A stretch of 63,005 nucleotides of DNA, the filler included, from Actinomycetota bacterium (GTDB taxonomy: Bacteria; Actinomycetota; CADDZG01; JAHWKV01; JAOPZY01): the NCBI GenBank assembly GCA_025963875.1. It is 6 parts of 6 records of this genome, joined end to end, with 100 filler letters (N's around TTAATTAATTAA, not from the genome) between each part and the next. Parts side by side here need not be neighbours in the genome. Positions count along the whole stretch, not along the records: positions 26,000 to 44,995 come from JAOPZY010000144.1; 5 more parts are not named here. One strand, given 5' to 3'. The notes under the pieces are model-generated. The model was not told the origin of the DNA, did not search any database, and saw nothing but the letters and a program-made list of their open reading frames with translations. Within the stretch, counting starts at the first letter, position 1. Every line of letters starts with the position of its first letter. The translations under genes and the position numbers were made by a program. Positions 26,209-35,875 of this stretch are shown here, in pieces.

Positions 26209-28134
26209 ATGACAACTCCGGTCTCCTCCATCACGGGTCTGTCGTCCGGCATCGACACCAACAAGATCGTCACGCAGCTGATGACACTCGAGCAGGCACC
26301 GTTGACCCGGATGCAGAGCCGCGTCGCGACGTACCAGAGCCAGGTGGCAGCCTGGACGGCCGTTCGGACCAAGCTCTCCGTGCTGCAGTCCGCCGCCGCC
26401 GCCCTCACCAACGCCTCGGACATCGGGGCGATGGTCACGGCCACGACATCCTCTGCCGCGGCCACCGCCGCCGTCACCGGATCACCGTCCGTGGGGGCGG
26501 TGAGCTTCACGATCGATCAGCTCGCCGCGGCGCACCAGGCCGCGGCTGCGTCGACGTTCTCCGGCGCGGGAGACTTCGTCGGGGCGGGCACGTTCTCCCT
26601 GACCGTGGGATCGACCACGTCGTCGTTCTCCACGACCGCCGGGACCACGGTCTCGCAGCTCGCTGCCCAGATCAGCGCCTCCAACGCCGGGGTCTCCGCC
26701 GCGGTGGTCGCGGTGGACGCAACCACCTCCAAGCTGGTGCTGACGGCGAAGGCCACGGGTGTCGCCGCGGCCTTCACGGCCTCCGGCACGCAGGCGTCCC
26801 TCGCCACGTTCAACGTCCTGCAGCAGGGCCTCGATGCGAAGATCAGCGTGGGGGCTACCAACCCCATTCAGCTGTCCCGTCCCTCCAACCAGATCTCCGA
26901 CTTCATCTCCGGCGTGACCCTCAGCCTGACGGCCACGACCACCGCCACCACACCCGTGACCGTGACCGTCGCCCAGGACCCCGCGCTGGTGGTGAAGGCC
27001 GTCCAGGCTGTGGTCGACGCCTACAACGGCGCGTACGCGACCCTCAAGCAGTACACCGCCTACGACCCCACGACCAAGTCGGCCGGCCTGCTCCTGGGCG
27101 ACCCGACGGCCGGCGGCATGCTTGGCCAGCTCAACCAGGTCCTCGCCGACCAGGTGAAGGGCCTTGGCGGCTCCTACACGTCGGTGAGCTCCGTTGGCAT
27201 CACCATGCAGGCCGACGGAACGTTCGCCCTCGACCAGGGCAAGCTGACGACCGCCCTGTCCGCCGACCCGCGCGCCGTGACGAACCTCCTGGCCCGCTCG
27301 GGCAGCGCCGGGGACACCCGTATCGCCTCGGTCACCGGATCGGACGCGACGGCCGGCGGCAGCTATGCCGTCGTCGTGACGCGGGCCGCCCAGGCTGCGA
27401 CCGTCACCGGCGGAGTCTTCTACTCGCCCGTCGCGCCCTATTCGTTCACGGTCACGTCGAACGGCAACACCGCCACCGTGAACGTCGCCGCCGGCGACGA
27501 CCTCTCCGCGATCCTGACCAAGGTCAACGACGCCCTCAAGGCCGCAGGCATCTCGCAGATCTCGGCGTCAGCCAACAGCGGTGCCATCCAGATCCAGAGC
27601 TCGGTCTACGGCTCCAGCACCGCGTTCACCGTTGCCGGCGACACGAACTTCGGCCTGAACGGCAGCTACGCCGGCCTCGATGTCGCCGGGACGATCAACG
27701 GTCAAGCGGCCACGGGCACGGGGCAGATCCTTTCCGCCTCCTCCGGAGCTTCCTCCGGCCTCCAGGTGCGGGTTACCGCCACGCCGACGGACGTCTCCGA
27801 CGCGGGCGGGACCCTCTCCCTCGGCTCGGCGTCCTTCTCCCAGGGCGTCGCCGGGCGTCTGGGGTCGTTCCTCAGCAGCGCCACGGCGACGACCGGGACC
27901 GTCACCGACGCCGCCAACGCGTACAGCTCGCAGATCGACACCGTCAAGAAGCAGATGGCGGCACTGCAGCTGCAGCTGGCCCAGAAGGAGCTGGTTCTCC
28001 GCCAGCGGTTCTCCGCCATGGAGACGGCCCTCGTGCGCCTCCAGAGCCAGGGCAGCTTCCTGTCCCAGTTCGGCGCGACGACCACAACGTCGTCGGGTGT
28101 GGGCAACAGCCCGACCTCCTCCTCGGGCGCATGA
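26209..28134 (+). CDS. fliD: Flagellar filament capping protein FliD
   Basis: ITGLSSGIDTNKIVTQLM..E, IDQLA.AHQ, VDAYN, LLLGD, RQRFSAME...LQSQ. Confidence 0.95.
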   Translation: MTTPVSSITGLSSGIDTNKIVTQLMTLEQAPLTRMQSRVATYQSQVAAWTAVRTKLSVLQSAAAALTNASDIGAMVTATTSSAAATAAVTGSPSVGAVSFTIDQLAAAHQAAAASTFSGAGDFVGAGTFSLTVGSTTSSFSTTAGTTVSQLAAQISASNAGVSAAVVAVDATTSKLVLTAKATGVAAAFTASGTQASLATFNVLQQGLDAKISVGATNPIQLSRPSNQISDFISGVTLSLTATTTATTPVTVTVAQDPALVVKAVQAVVDAYNGAYATLKQYTAYDPTTKSAGLLLGDPTAGGMLGQLNQVLADQVKGLGGSYTSVSSVGITMQADGTFALDQGKLTTALSADPRAVTNLLARSGSAGDTRIASVTGSDATAGGSYAVVVTRAAQAATVTGGVFYSPVAPYSFTVTSNGNTATVNVAAGDDLSAILTKVNDALKAAGISQISASANSGAIQIQSSVYGSSTAFTVAGDTNFGLNGSYAGLDVAGTINGQAATGTGQILSASSGASSGLQVRVTATPTDVSDAGGTLSLGSASFSQGVAGRLGSFLSSATATTGTVTDAANAYSSQIDTVKKQMAALQLQLAQKELVLRQRFSAMETALVRLQSQGSFLSQFGATTTTSSGVGNSPTSSSGA

Positions 28135-28430
28135 CCTGGCCGGAGATGGTGCAGACGCTCGAGCATTCCCTCTGGGACGCCGAGCAGGCCCTCAACGGGG
28201 ACGTCTGGGAACAGCCGGCACCGTCGTGGACCCCTCCGTTGGTGCCGCTGGGCCATCCCTCCGCCCTGGAGGCCGCCAGCCTGCAGGAGCTGTCGTCGCG
28301 TTGCGAGCTCCTTCGCCGGCGCCTGGAACGTGCGATGGCCGACATCTCGGCGCAGCTCGACGGGACCCGCCGCCTCCGGGAGGGGGCGCACGGGTACCTG
28401 ATGACCCAGAACCTGACGCCGTCCCGGTAG
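28131..28430 (+). CDS. Small helical protein coupled to fliD (FliT-like position)
   Basis: ATGA overlap with the fliD stop; MTWPEMVQTLEHSL...WTPP...LRRRLERAM. Confidence 0.65.
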   Translation: MTWPEMVQTLEHSLWDAEQALNGDVWEQPAPSWTPPLVPLGHPSALEAASLQELSSRCELLRRRLERAMADISAQLDGTRRLREGAHGYLMTQNLTPSR

Positions 28431-28440
28431 GCAGTCTCCT

Positions 28441-28497
28441 CTCAAGGCCATACCTGTGGAGCCGAATTCGTTAAGCCCTGCCCCCGGATGCCGACGG
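28441..28497 (+). promoter_or_regulatory. Two tandem sigma-28 (FliA/WhiG)-like promoters upstream of fliF
   Basis: CTCA-N16-GCCGAATT (28441-28468) and TTAA-N15-GCCGACGG (28471-28497). Confidence 0.6.
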
Positions 28498-28582
28498 GCA
28501 GGTCGAGGACGTCTATGGACAGACGGTCCGAGCCAGGAAGGCTCGCCTGCGTGATCCCAACATACGAGATCCGAGGGAGCCC

Positions 28583-30127
28583 ATGCACCAGCTCAGAGAC
28601 CGCCTGCGCCCCATGCTCGCCGCCGTGTCGGCCTCGCAGCGCGTGGTCATCGTCGTCGCGCTCGCCGTCCTGGTCCTCGCCGGCTTCATCTTCAGCAAAT
28701 GGCTCGGCACGCCGTCCTACGCCGTTCTCTACAGCAACCTCGACGACGCAAGCCTTTCGAAGGTGCTCGACCAGCTCAACACGTCGAAGGCAACGTACAA
28801 GCTGAACGGCAAGGAGGTCATGGTCCCGATCTCCGAGGTCTACACCGACCGGGCCAAGCTCGCCGCCGCCAAGGTCGGGGGCCCGGCGGCTCCGCCCGGC
28901 TACGAGTTGTTCGACAACCAGAGCCTGACCGCCTCGAGCTTCACCCAGCAGGTGAACTACCAGCGGGCCCTGGAGGGTGAGCTCGACAAGACGCTCATGA
29001 CCCTGTCCGGCGTCCGGACCGCGGCGGTCCGCCTCGCCATCCCCCAGGACGCACTCTTCACCGCCGATCAGAAGTCGGTCACCGCCGCAGTCCTGCTCGA
29101 CACCTCGGGCACCCTGCCGGCCTCGGCGGTCGACACCGTCGTCTTCATCGTCTCCTCGGCCGTGCAGGGCCTCGACGCCAAGAACGTGACCGTCGCGGAC
29201 ACCTCCGGCACCGTCCTCTCGGCCCCCGGCGGCGCGGGGTCGGGCGCGCAAGGCGACCTGCAGACCCGCCAGCGCCAGGATCTCGAGGCCACCCTGACCT
29301 CCGATGTCCAGCGCCTGGTCAGCAGCGCAACCGGCAAGCCCGGCGGCGTCGTCGTGCACGCCCAGCTCAACTTCGACCAGCGCACCTCCCAGGTCGAGAC
29401 CTACGACCCCAAGGCCTCGGCCCCCATCACCCAGGCGACGACGACCGAGACGCTCGCCGGCAACCCTGCCGGTGCGGCGGGCATCATCGGCGTCGCCGGT
29501 GCAGCCCTCGCGTCCACGACCAACACCGCGACCGCCTACAGCAAGGCGGACGCGTCCACCACCTGGGGTACGGGCCACCAGGTGACGAGCACGACGGTGG
29601 CACCGGGCCAGGTGCAGAAACTGTCCGTCGGCATCGTCGTCGACGACGGGACCAAGACGCATGGCACCGCCCCGAATCTGCCGCAGCTCACCCAGCTCGT
29701 CACCGCAGCGCTGGGGCTGGATGCAGCCCGCGGCGACACGATCAGCATCTCCGCCGTGCCCTATCCCGCTGCCGCGGCCGCGGCCAAGGACAGCGCGGCC
29801 AAGCCCGGCATGATGTCGATGGTCACCCAGGCGGCCGGGGCGGCTGTCCTGGTCATCGTCGCTCTCTTCCTGCTGCTGATGGCGAAGGGCCGGCGCAAGT
29901 CCCGGGGAGACCCCATGGAGATCACGGCCACCACGCGCCGTGTCCTCGAGCCCGCCGGCGTCTCGGGGCTGCCTGGAGAGGCCCGGGCCGCGCTCGGCTC
30001 AGCCAGCGGCGGGCTCCCCGTGCTGGCCGGGCCCCGTCAGGACGTGATGGATCTGGTCATTCGCCAGCCTGAGGAGATCGCAATCCTCCTGCGGAGCTGG
30101 CTGGCCGACCGCAAACCCAGCGAATGA
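28583..30127 (+). CDS. fliF: Flagellar MS-ring protein FliF
   Basis: TM, YAVLYSNL, GYELFD...SFTQQVNYQRALEGEL, RGDTISI, second TM, LRSWL. Confidence 0.96.
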   Translation: MHQLRDRLRPMLAAVSASQRVVIVVALAVLVLAGFIFSKWLGTPSYAVLYSNLDDASLSKVLDQLNTSKATYKLNGKEVMVPISEVYTDRAKLAAAKVGGPAAPPGYELFDNQSLTASSFTQQVNYQRALEGELDKTLMTLSGVRTAAVRLAIPQDALFTADQKSVTAAVLLDTSGTLPASAVDTVVFIVSSAVQGLDAKNVTVADTSGTVLSAPGGAGSGAQGDLQTRQRQDLEATLTSDVQRLVSSATGKPGGVVVHAQLNFDQRTSQVETYDPKASAPITQATTTETLAGNPAGAAGIIGVAGAALASTTNTATAYSKADASTTWGTGHQVTSTTVAPGQVQKLSVGIVVDDGTKTHGTAPNLPQLTQLVTAALGLDAARGDTISISAVPYPAAAAAAKDSAAKPGMMSMVTQAAGAAVLVIVALFLLLMAKGRRKSRGDPMEITATTRRVLEPAGVSGLPGEARAALGSASGGLPVLAGPRQDVMDLVIRQPEEIAILLRSWLADRKPSE

Positions 30128-31131
30128 GCCCTCAAACCGCGGAGCTGAGCAGGCCGCAGAAGGCGGCGGCCCTCATGATGGCGGTCGGCCCCCAGCAGGC
30201 GGCCGACCTCCTCGCATTCCTGAGCGAGGCCGAGGTGGAGGCCCTGGCCAAAGAGATCGCTGCGCTGCGGGAGATCCCGATGGGGGCGCTCCAGCAGGTG
30301 GTGGCCGAGCTGCAGTCCCAGGCGTCCTCCCGCAACGGCATGCTCGAAGGCGGACTCGACTACGCCCGCGAGCTGCTGGCGCGCTGGCAGGGCCCCGGCG
30401 GCGAGGTTGCCGCCCGGATCGCGCACGGCGCTGTGGACGCGCCCTTCCGTTTCCTTGCCGATGTCGAGCCCGCCGAAGTCGTCCAGGTCGTCGCCGAAGA
30501 GCACCCGCAGACGCTGGCGCTCGTGCTCGCCCACCTCCCCGCCAGCTACGCGGCCCGGGTCCTCGAGGGCCTCGACCCGCCGCTACGGGCGGATGCCGCG
30601 CTGCGCGTCGCCACGATGGATTATGTGGCCCCCGAAGTCATCCGCCGCACCGAGCAGGTCATCCGCCAGCGTCTCGGCACGGCGTCGACGGGACGTCAGG
30701 ACCGCCTTGGCGGGGCGAAGGACCTGGCCGGGATCCTGAACAAGATGGACAAGGACAACGAAGGCGCGGTGCTGCGCGGCCTGACCGAGCTGCGGCCCGA
30801 GCTGGCCGACGAGGTCCGGTCGCTGATGTTCGTCTTCGACGACATCACGGGGCTGCGGGACCGGGACCTCCAGGAGGTGCTCCGCACCATCGAGCCCAAG
30901 GACCTGGCGCTCGCAGTCAAGGGCGTGGGCGACGAGGTCCGCAACGCCGTGACCCGCAACATCTCCGACCGCGCCCGGGAGTCGTTGCAGGAGGAGACCG
31001 AGGTGCTCGGCGCGGTGCGGCTCACCGATGTGGAGTCCGCCCGCGGGCGGATCATCGCCCAGATCCGGGAACTCGAGGACGCGGGCAAGATCGTGCTGCG
31101 TCGTGAGGCCGGAGGCGGCCTCGTTGAGTAG
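30124..31131 (+). CDS. fliG: Flagellar motor switch protein FliG
   Basis: QKAAALM, GGLDYARELL, EHPQTLALVL, MFVFDDI. Confidence 0.96.
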   Translation: MSPQTAELSRPQKAAALMMAVGPQQAADLLAFLSEAEVEALAKEIAALREIPMGALQQVVAELQSQASSRNGMLEGGLDYARELLARWQGPGGEVAARIAHGAVDAPFRFLADVEPAEVVQVVAEEHPQTLALVLAHLPASYAARVLEGLDPPLRADAALRVATMDYVAPEVIRRTEQVIRQRLGTASTGRQDRLGGAKDLAGILNKMDKDNEGAVLRGLTELRPELADEVRSLMFVFDDITGLRDRDLQEVLRTIEPKDLALAVKGVGDEVRNAVTRNISDRARESLQEETEVLGAVRLTDVESARGRIIAQIRELEDAGKIVLRREAGGGLVE

Positions 31132-31768
31132 GGTCATGCGCGAGCCGGCGTTCACCGCCGCGCCCCGCCTCGTGGCCTTCGGCCCCGACCTGGGACTGCC
31201 GGAGGCCGTGCAGGCGCTCATTTCCACGGCGGCCCGCGAGGCGTTCGACCGCGGCCGCAGGGAGGGGATCGAGGCAGGAACCACTGCCGCCGCCCGCCAG
31301 GCCGCCGCACTCGCCGGGCCGGTGGCCGAAGCCATCGAGGGTGGGATCCAGCAACTGCGTTCCCTGAGGGACGCCGGGCATGCCGAGCTGCTCGAGTTGG
31401 CGGCAGCGATCGCCCGCGCGGTCACCGGCGGGGAGCTCAACGCCGGGGGACCGCAGCTCCTCCAGGACGTCGCTGCGGCCCTGGACGCCCTCGACGACGC
31501 CCCGCTCGTCGTGGTGGTCCACCCCCGCGACCTCCAGCTCCTCGTGGATGGTCTCACCGGCCGGCCGGGTATCTCCGTCGTCGAGGACGCGACGCTGGAG
31601 CCCGGGGAGGCCCTCGTGCGCGGCCCCTGGGCGGTGGCCGAGCTCACCCGTGACGCGCTGTGGTCAGCGGTCGCCGAATCGCTCGGGCTTGGGGAACGGC
31701 CCATCCGCCTGGTGGGGGCCCCCCTGGCTGGGGGAGCGCAAACGGCCCCGAAAGATTATCCAAACTAG
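31124..31768 (+). CDS. fliH: Flagellar assembly protein FliH-like
   Basis: AFDRGRREG repeat, ELLELAAAIA, VVVHP.D, EDATLEPG; follows fliG. Start TTG 31124 or ATG 31136. Confidence 0.8.
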   Translation: MSRVMREPAFTAAPRLVAFGPDLGLPEAVQALISTAAREAFDRGRREGIEAGTTAAARQAAALAGPVAEAIEGGIQQLRSLRDAGHAELLELAAAIARAVTGGELNAGGPQLLQDVAAALDALDDAPLVVVVHPRDLQLLVDGLTGRPGISVVEDATLEPGEALVRGPWAVAELTRDALWSAVAESLGLGERPIRLVGAPLAGGAQTAPKDYPN

Positions 31769-31772
31769 TCCC

Positions 31773-31799
31773 TTAAACCGCAGCCGGGCACGCCGACGA
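31773..31799 (+). promoter_or_regulatory. Sigma-28-like promoter upstream of flgN
   Basis: TTAA-N15-GCCGACGA, same pattern as upstream of fliF. Confidence 0.55.
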
Positions 31800-31806
31800 G
31801 GAACGC

Positions 31807-32316
31807 ATGACTCAGTACCCGTACACCGACGCCCTCCGCACCCTCCTGGGCAAGCTGTGGGTGGAACGCCACACCCTGGAGCTGCTGGCCTACAAGCTGA
31901 CCTGCGCCAAGCTGATCATGGCCGGCGATATCCGCCGGTACGTCGCACCGGCCCTGGTGGGCGTGGAGCACGTGGTGGACAAGGTCCGGGTGGCGGAGCT
32001 CGACCGGAGCATCGCGCTCGCCGAGGTCGCCGACGACTGGGGGGTGCCAATGTCGACGCTCACCCTCGACTACCTCGCCCAGAACGCCCCCGAGCCGGCT
32101 CGGACGATGTTCGAGGAGCACAAGCACTCCTTTCGCCAGCTCGTCGCCGAGATCGAGGACACCGCCATCGAGAACCGCAAGCTGGCGACCTCGTCGCTGC
32201 GGGGCATCCAGGCGGCCCTGGACGACCTGATGCGGTCGGAGGCCGGCGCGACGTATGGGGCCAGCGGCCTCCGCCAGCCGAGTCCCGTGGTCACCCACAT
32301 CTCGAGGATCCTCTAG
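31807..32316 (+). CDS. flgN: Flagellar export chaperone FlgN
   Basis: LWVERHTLELLAYKL...ENRKL...TY, actinobacterial FlgN pattern; precedes flgK. Confidence 0.85.
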   Translation: MTQYPYTDALRTLLGKLWVERHTLELLAYKLTCAKLIMAGDIRRYVAPALVGVEHVVDKVRVAELDRSIALAEVADDWGVPMSTLTLDYLAQNAPEPARTMFEEHKHSFRQLVAEIEDTAIENRKLATSSLRGIQAALDDLMRSEAGATYGASGLRQPSPVVTHISRIL

Positions 32317-33681
32317 ATGTCCGAGTTCGTCTCGCTGCAGACCGCCCTCTCGGGTCTCCGGGCTACGCAGGCCAGGATGGACACGATCGGCCACAACATG
32401 GCGAACGTGGACACTCCCGGCTACACCCGCCAGATCGTCGACCTCACCGAAGCCGCTCCCTACCAGAGCGTGTCGGGCTGGATGGGTGCGGGAGTCGACG
32501 TGACGGGGATCACCCGGGCCCGCGACGCCTTCCTCGATGCCCGCGTCCGCTCCAGCAGTGACACCCAGGCCGGCTTCCAGACGCGGGCCGACCTCCTCCA
32601 GCGCACCGAGACCGTGCTCGGCGAGCCGAGCTCGGGCATCAGCGGGCCGCTCGCCGCCGTCTGGAGCGCGTTCGAGAACGCGGCCAGCTCGCCGTCCGAC
32701 AGCGGGGCGCGGACCGCGGCGCTCAGCGCGCTGGGCAACCTCACGACCCGGATCCAGCAGGTGTCCAGCGGGTGGAGCCAGGTCGCCGGCGACGTCAAGC
32801 AGTCCCTCTCGGCATCGGTCACCGACGTCAACGACAAGCTCGGCCAGCTCGCGAAACTGAACCAGGCCATCGGATCGGCGTCCTCCTCTGGGGCCCCGAA
32901 CGACCTGCTCGACCAGCGCGACCTGTTGATCGACCAGCTGTCCACCGAGGTCGGCGCCACCGGCATCGTCAGCCCCGATGGAACCGCACGGGTGGTCATC
33001 GGCGGCTTGTCGGTGGTCGACGGATCGTCGTCCACACCGCTCACCCTGCGCACCGACGGGACGATCGCGGGCCCCTCCGGCTTGACGGTGAACGCGGGCG
33101 GGAAGATCGGCGGCTACCAGAGCTTCCTGTCGACCGACCTGCCGGGGTACCAGGCCCGGCTCGACGGCGTCGCCACCGACCTCGCCACCGCCTTGAATGC
33201 CCAGCACGCCGCCGGGTTCTCGCCGGACGGCCAGGCGGGTGGGCCGCTGCTCACCTACACGCCGGGCGTCGCCGCCTCGACCCTGGCGGTGGTCCTCACC
33301 GACCCCTCGAAACTCGCCCTCTCCAGCGCCGCGGGGCCGCCGTTCCCCACCTTCAACGGAGTGAACGCCCAGGCCCTCGCCGACCTGCGCACCGCCACGA
33401 GCGCGTCGGGCGGGACGCTCACCCTGGGCGGCGCCGTCACGTCGCTCGTGAGCGTCCTTGCGGCCGGGACGGCCTCGGCCGCCAGCTCCGCTGCGAGCCA
33501 GTCGAGCCTGCTCCAGGCGATGACGTCGGCTCGCCAGGGCGCCCAGGGCGTCTCGATCGACGAGGAGATGACCAACATGATGGAAGCCCAGCGCGCCTAC
33601 CAGGCTGCCGCCCGGGTGATGACGGCCGTCGATCAGAACCTCGACACGCTGGTGAACCACACCGGCATGGCCGGCAGGTAG
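32317..33681 (+). CDS. flgK: Flagellar hook-associated protein FlgK
   Basis: ALSGL...GHNMANVDTPGYTRQ, NDLLDQRD, GVSIDEEM.NMM..QRAY.AAARV. Confidence 0.96.
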   Translation: MSEFVSLQTALSGLRATQARMDTIGHNMANVDTPGYTRQIVDLTEAAPYQSVSGWMGAGVDVTGITRARDAFLDARVRSSSDTQAGFQTRADLLQRTETVLGEPSSGISGPLAAVWSAFENAASSPSDSGARTAALSALGNLTTRIQQVSSGWSQVAGDVKQSLSASVTDVNDKLGQLAKLNQAIGSASSSGAPNDLLDQRDLLIDQLSTEVGATGIVSPDGTARVVIGGLSVVDGSSSTPLTLRTDGTIAGPSGLTVNAGGKIGGYQSFLSTDLPGYQARLDGVATDLATALNAQHAAGFSPDGQAGGPLLTYTPGVAASTLAVVLTDPSKLALSSAAGPPFPTFNGVNAQALADLRTATSASGGTLTLGGAVTSLVSVLAAGTASAASSAASQSSLLQAMTSARQGAQGVSIDEEMTNMMEAQRAYQAAARVMTAVDQNLDTLVNHTGMAGR

Positions 33682-33694
33682 GAGGCAGGCAGGC

Positions 33695-34591
33695 ATGCGC
33701 GTCTCCAACCAGCAGATAGTGTCGAGTGCCCTGAACGGGGCCCAGACCCAGCTCGCCGCCCTGATGCGGGCCCAGGCCCAACTCTCGTCCGGCAAGCGCG
33801 TCATGACCCCCTCCGACGACCCCGCCGCTGCCGGCAGCATCCTGATGCTCCAGGCCGCCACCCAGTCCAACAACCAGGAGCAGCTGAACGCCCAGGACGG
33901 CCAGGCGTGGGTCAACGGCACCGACAGCCAGCTGCAGCAGGCCTCCACGCTCCTCCAGCGGGCGCGGGACCTCGCCGTCCAGGCGGGCTCCAGCCTCGGC
34001 GCTTCGCCGTCGAACGCGATCGCCACGGAGATCCTCAGCATCCGGGACCAGCTCGTTGCCGTCGCCAACAGCCAGCAACAGGGCCGCGGGCTGTTCTCGG
34101 GGTTCGCCGGGGGAGCTGCGGTCACCCAGGTCGCCGGTGCCTGGACCTACACGGGGGACGGCGGTGCGATCCAGCGGCGGATCGGCGAGCAGAACCTGGT
34201 CACGGTCAACGTCACCGCCGATCAGGTCCTCGGCTTCTCGGCTGGCGCCGGCCAGGATTCCGTCACCATGCTCGAAAACCTGGCCACACAGGTCAGCGCC
34301 GGCAACGCTACTGGCGTCTCCGCATCGATCGCCGGCGTCGACGTCGCCCTCGGCCTGGTCAACCAGGGTCTCGCCCAGATCGGCTCGGCTGGCAACCGCA
34401 TCGATGCGGCGCTCGCGCTCAATCTGAACAACGCAGAAACGATCAAAAGCCAGCTGTCCTCGGTCCAGGACGTAGACTTGGCCGAAGCGACCATGAATCT
34501 CCAGACCCAGCAGGTGGCCTACCAGGCGGCGCTCGGAGCCCTCAGCAAGGTGCTGGGGCCGTCCCTGCTCGACTTCATCCCGAGAGGCTGA
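33695..34591 (+). CDS. flgL: Flagellar hook-associated protein FlgL
   Basis: MRVS...SSGKR...PSDDP, LFSG, DVDLAEA...YQAAL...SLLDF. Confidence 0.95.
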   Translation: MRVSNQQIVSSALNGAQTQLAALMRAQAQLSSGKRVMTPSDDPAAAGSILMLQAATQSNNQEQLNAQDGQAWVNGTDSQLQQASTLLQRARDLAVQAGSSLGASPSNAIATEILSIRDQLVAVANSQQQGRGLFSGFAGGAAVTQVAGAWTYTGDGGAIQRRIGEQNLVTVNVTADQVLGFSAGAGQDSVTMLENLATQVSAGNATGVSASIAGVDVALGLVNQGLAQIGSAGNRIDAALALNLNNAETIKSQLSSVQDVDLAEATMNLQTQQVAYQAALGALSKVLGPSLLDFIPRG

Positions 34592-34593
34592 TT

Positions 34594-35037
34594 ATGGCAA
34601 TGGCGAGCACGGACGGGATCGACACCGAAGAGATGCCCGAGAACAAGGTCATCCTGTTCGACGAGGGCATCCCCGGGCTGCCCGATTGCCATCGTTTCGT
34701 GCTCCTCGACCTGGCCCCCGACTCCGCGTTCCAGGTACTGCAGAGCGTGGACAGCCCCGAGGTCAGCATGATCGTCACCGTCCCGTGGCTGTTCTTCCCC
34801 GACTACGCCCCCGAGCTGTCGGATGTGGAGCAGGCGAGCCTGGCCATCGGCGGGCCCGAGGACGTTGCGCTCTTCTGTTCGGTGGTCCTCACGCCGGACG
34901 ACAAGGACACCGTGTTTGTGAACCTCATGGGACCGTTCGTGGTCAACCCGGGCACCCGCCGCGGCTGCCAGTTCGTCCTTGCGGGCTCGGGGTACCCGCT
35001 GCGGGCGCCGGTGAAGCTGCCCGAGGTCCCGCACTAG
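34594..35037 (+). CDS. fliW: Flagellar assembly factor FliW
   Basis: F.EGIPG, LQS, P..FFPDY, VNLMGP.VVN, YPLR. Confidence 0.92.
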   Translation: MAMASTDGIDTEEMPENKVILFDEGIPGLPDCHRFVLLDLAPDSAFQVLQSVDSPEVSMIVTVPWLFFPDYAPELSDVEQASLAIGGPEDVALFCSVVLTPDDKDTVFVNLMGPFVVNPGTRRGCQFVLAGSGYPLRAPVKLPEVPH

Positions 35038-35292
35038 GTGCTGGTCCTCAGCCGCAAGCAGGGGGAGTCGGTCGTCATCGGCAACGACATCCTGGTGACC
35101 GTCCTGGAGGTCCGCGGCGACCAGATCCGCCTTGGGATCGACGCCCCCCGCTCGATCACGGTGCACCGCCAGGAGGTCTACCTGCAGGTGGCCCGCGAGA
35201 ACAGCGCAGCGATCGCCAGTGCCGACCGGGGGTCTCCCCTCCTGCGCCGGCCGGTGCCGGGAGCCGTCGCGAAGCCGGACCTCGAGCCGTAG
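35038..35292 (+). CDS. csrA: Carbon storage regulator CsrA
   Basis: MLVLSRK.GES.VIG.DI.VTVLEV.GDQIRLGIDAP..I.VHR.EVY. Confidence 0.97.
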   Translation: MLVLSRKQGESVVIGNDILVTVLEVRGDQIRLGIDAPRSITVHRQEVYLQVARENSAAIASADRGSPLLRRPVPGAVAKPDLEP

Positions 35293-35356
35293 TTCGCCGA
35301 GATTCTGTGCTCGGACATTCTTTGAGCATCTGACCGCGCTCTACGCGGTGAAACGC

Positions 35357-35875
35357 TCAAAGAATGCGGGGCACTGGGGGCCAGGGCACGCTCAGCTCCC
35401 GCACGGTGAGGCTGGCGAAGCGGACGGCGATCGGATAGTCGCTGTCGTGCCAGACCTCCAGGGCGATACAGGATGGCCCTCCGGGGCCGAAGAGCCCGTT
35501 GCCCCGCAGGAGCTGCCGGCCCTCGCTGATCTGAGCGAGCACGGCGGCCGTGATCGCCTCGCTGTGGAGAGGTTGTTGGCCGGGAATCTTCGTGTGGGCG
35601 AAGCGGGTGCCCTCGGTCTCCTCCTCGTCCCAATGAACCTCGAGCAGGACCTCGTACCATCCGGCAGTCAGGAATTCGATGGCGTCATCTCCGAGCGCCA
35701 CGGCGGAGGACCCTTCGTCGGGCTCCGTCAGCGGAACCCGGGTGAGCCGGCGCTCACCCACGACGAGCGGCCCCTGGGTCTCGAATCGTGTGGACGGAGT
35801 GTCGGCTATCGCCCGCTGCGCCTTCAGCTCCCTGGCGTCTCGGGAGGCTTTCTTCCGCTGGGATGAGGCGCTCAC
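35357..35875 (-). CDS. Hypothetical beta-rich protein coupled to Nramp gene
   Basis: GTG overlaps the Nramp TGA; 172 aa, includes IEFLTAGWYEVLLEVHW. Confidence 0.6.
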   Translation of the reverse strand: MSASSQRKKASRDARELKAQRAIADTPSTRFETQGPLVVGERRLTRVPLTEPDEGSSAVALGDDAIEFLTAGWYEVLLEVHWDEEETEGTRFAHTKIPGQQPLHSEAITAAVLAQISEGRQLLRGNGLFGPGGPSCIALEVWHDSDYPIAVRFASLTVRELSVPWPPVPRIL

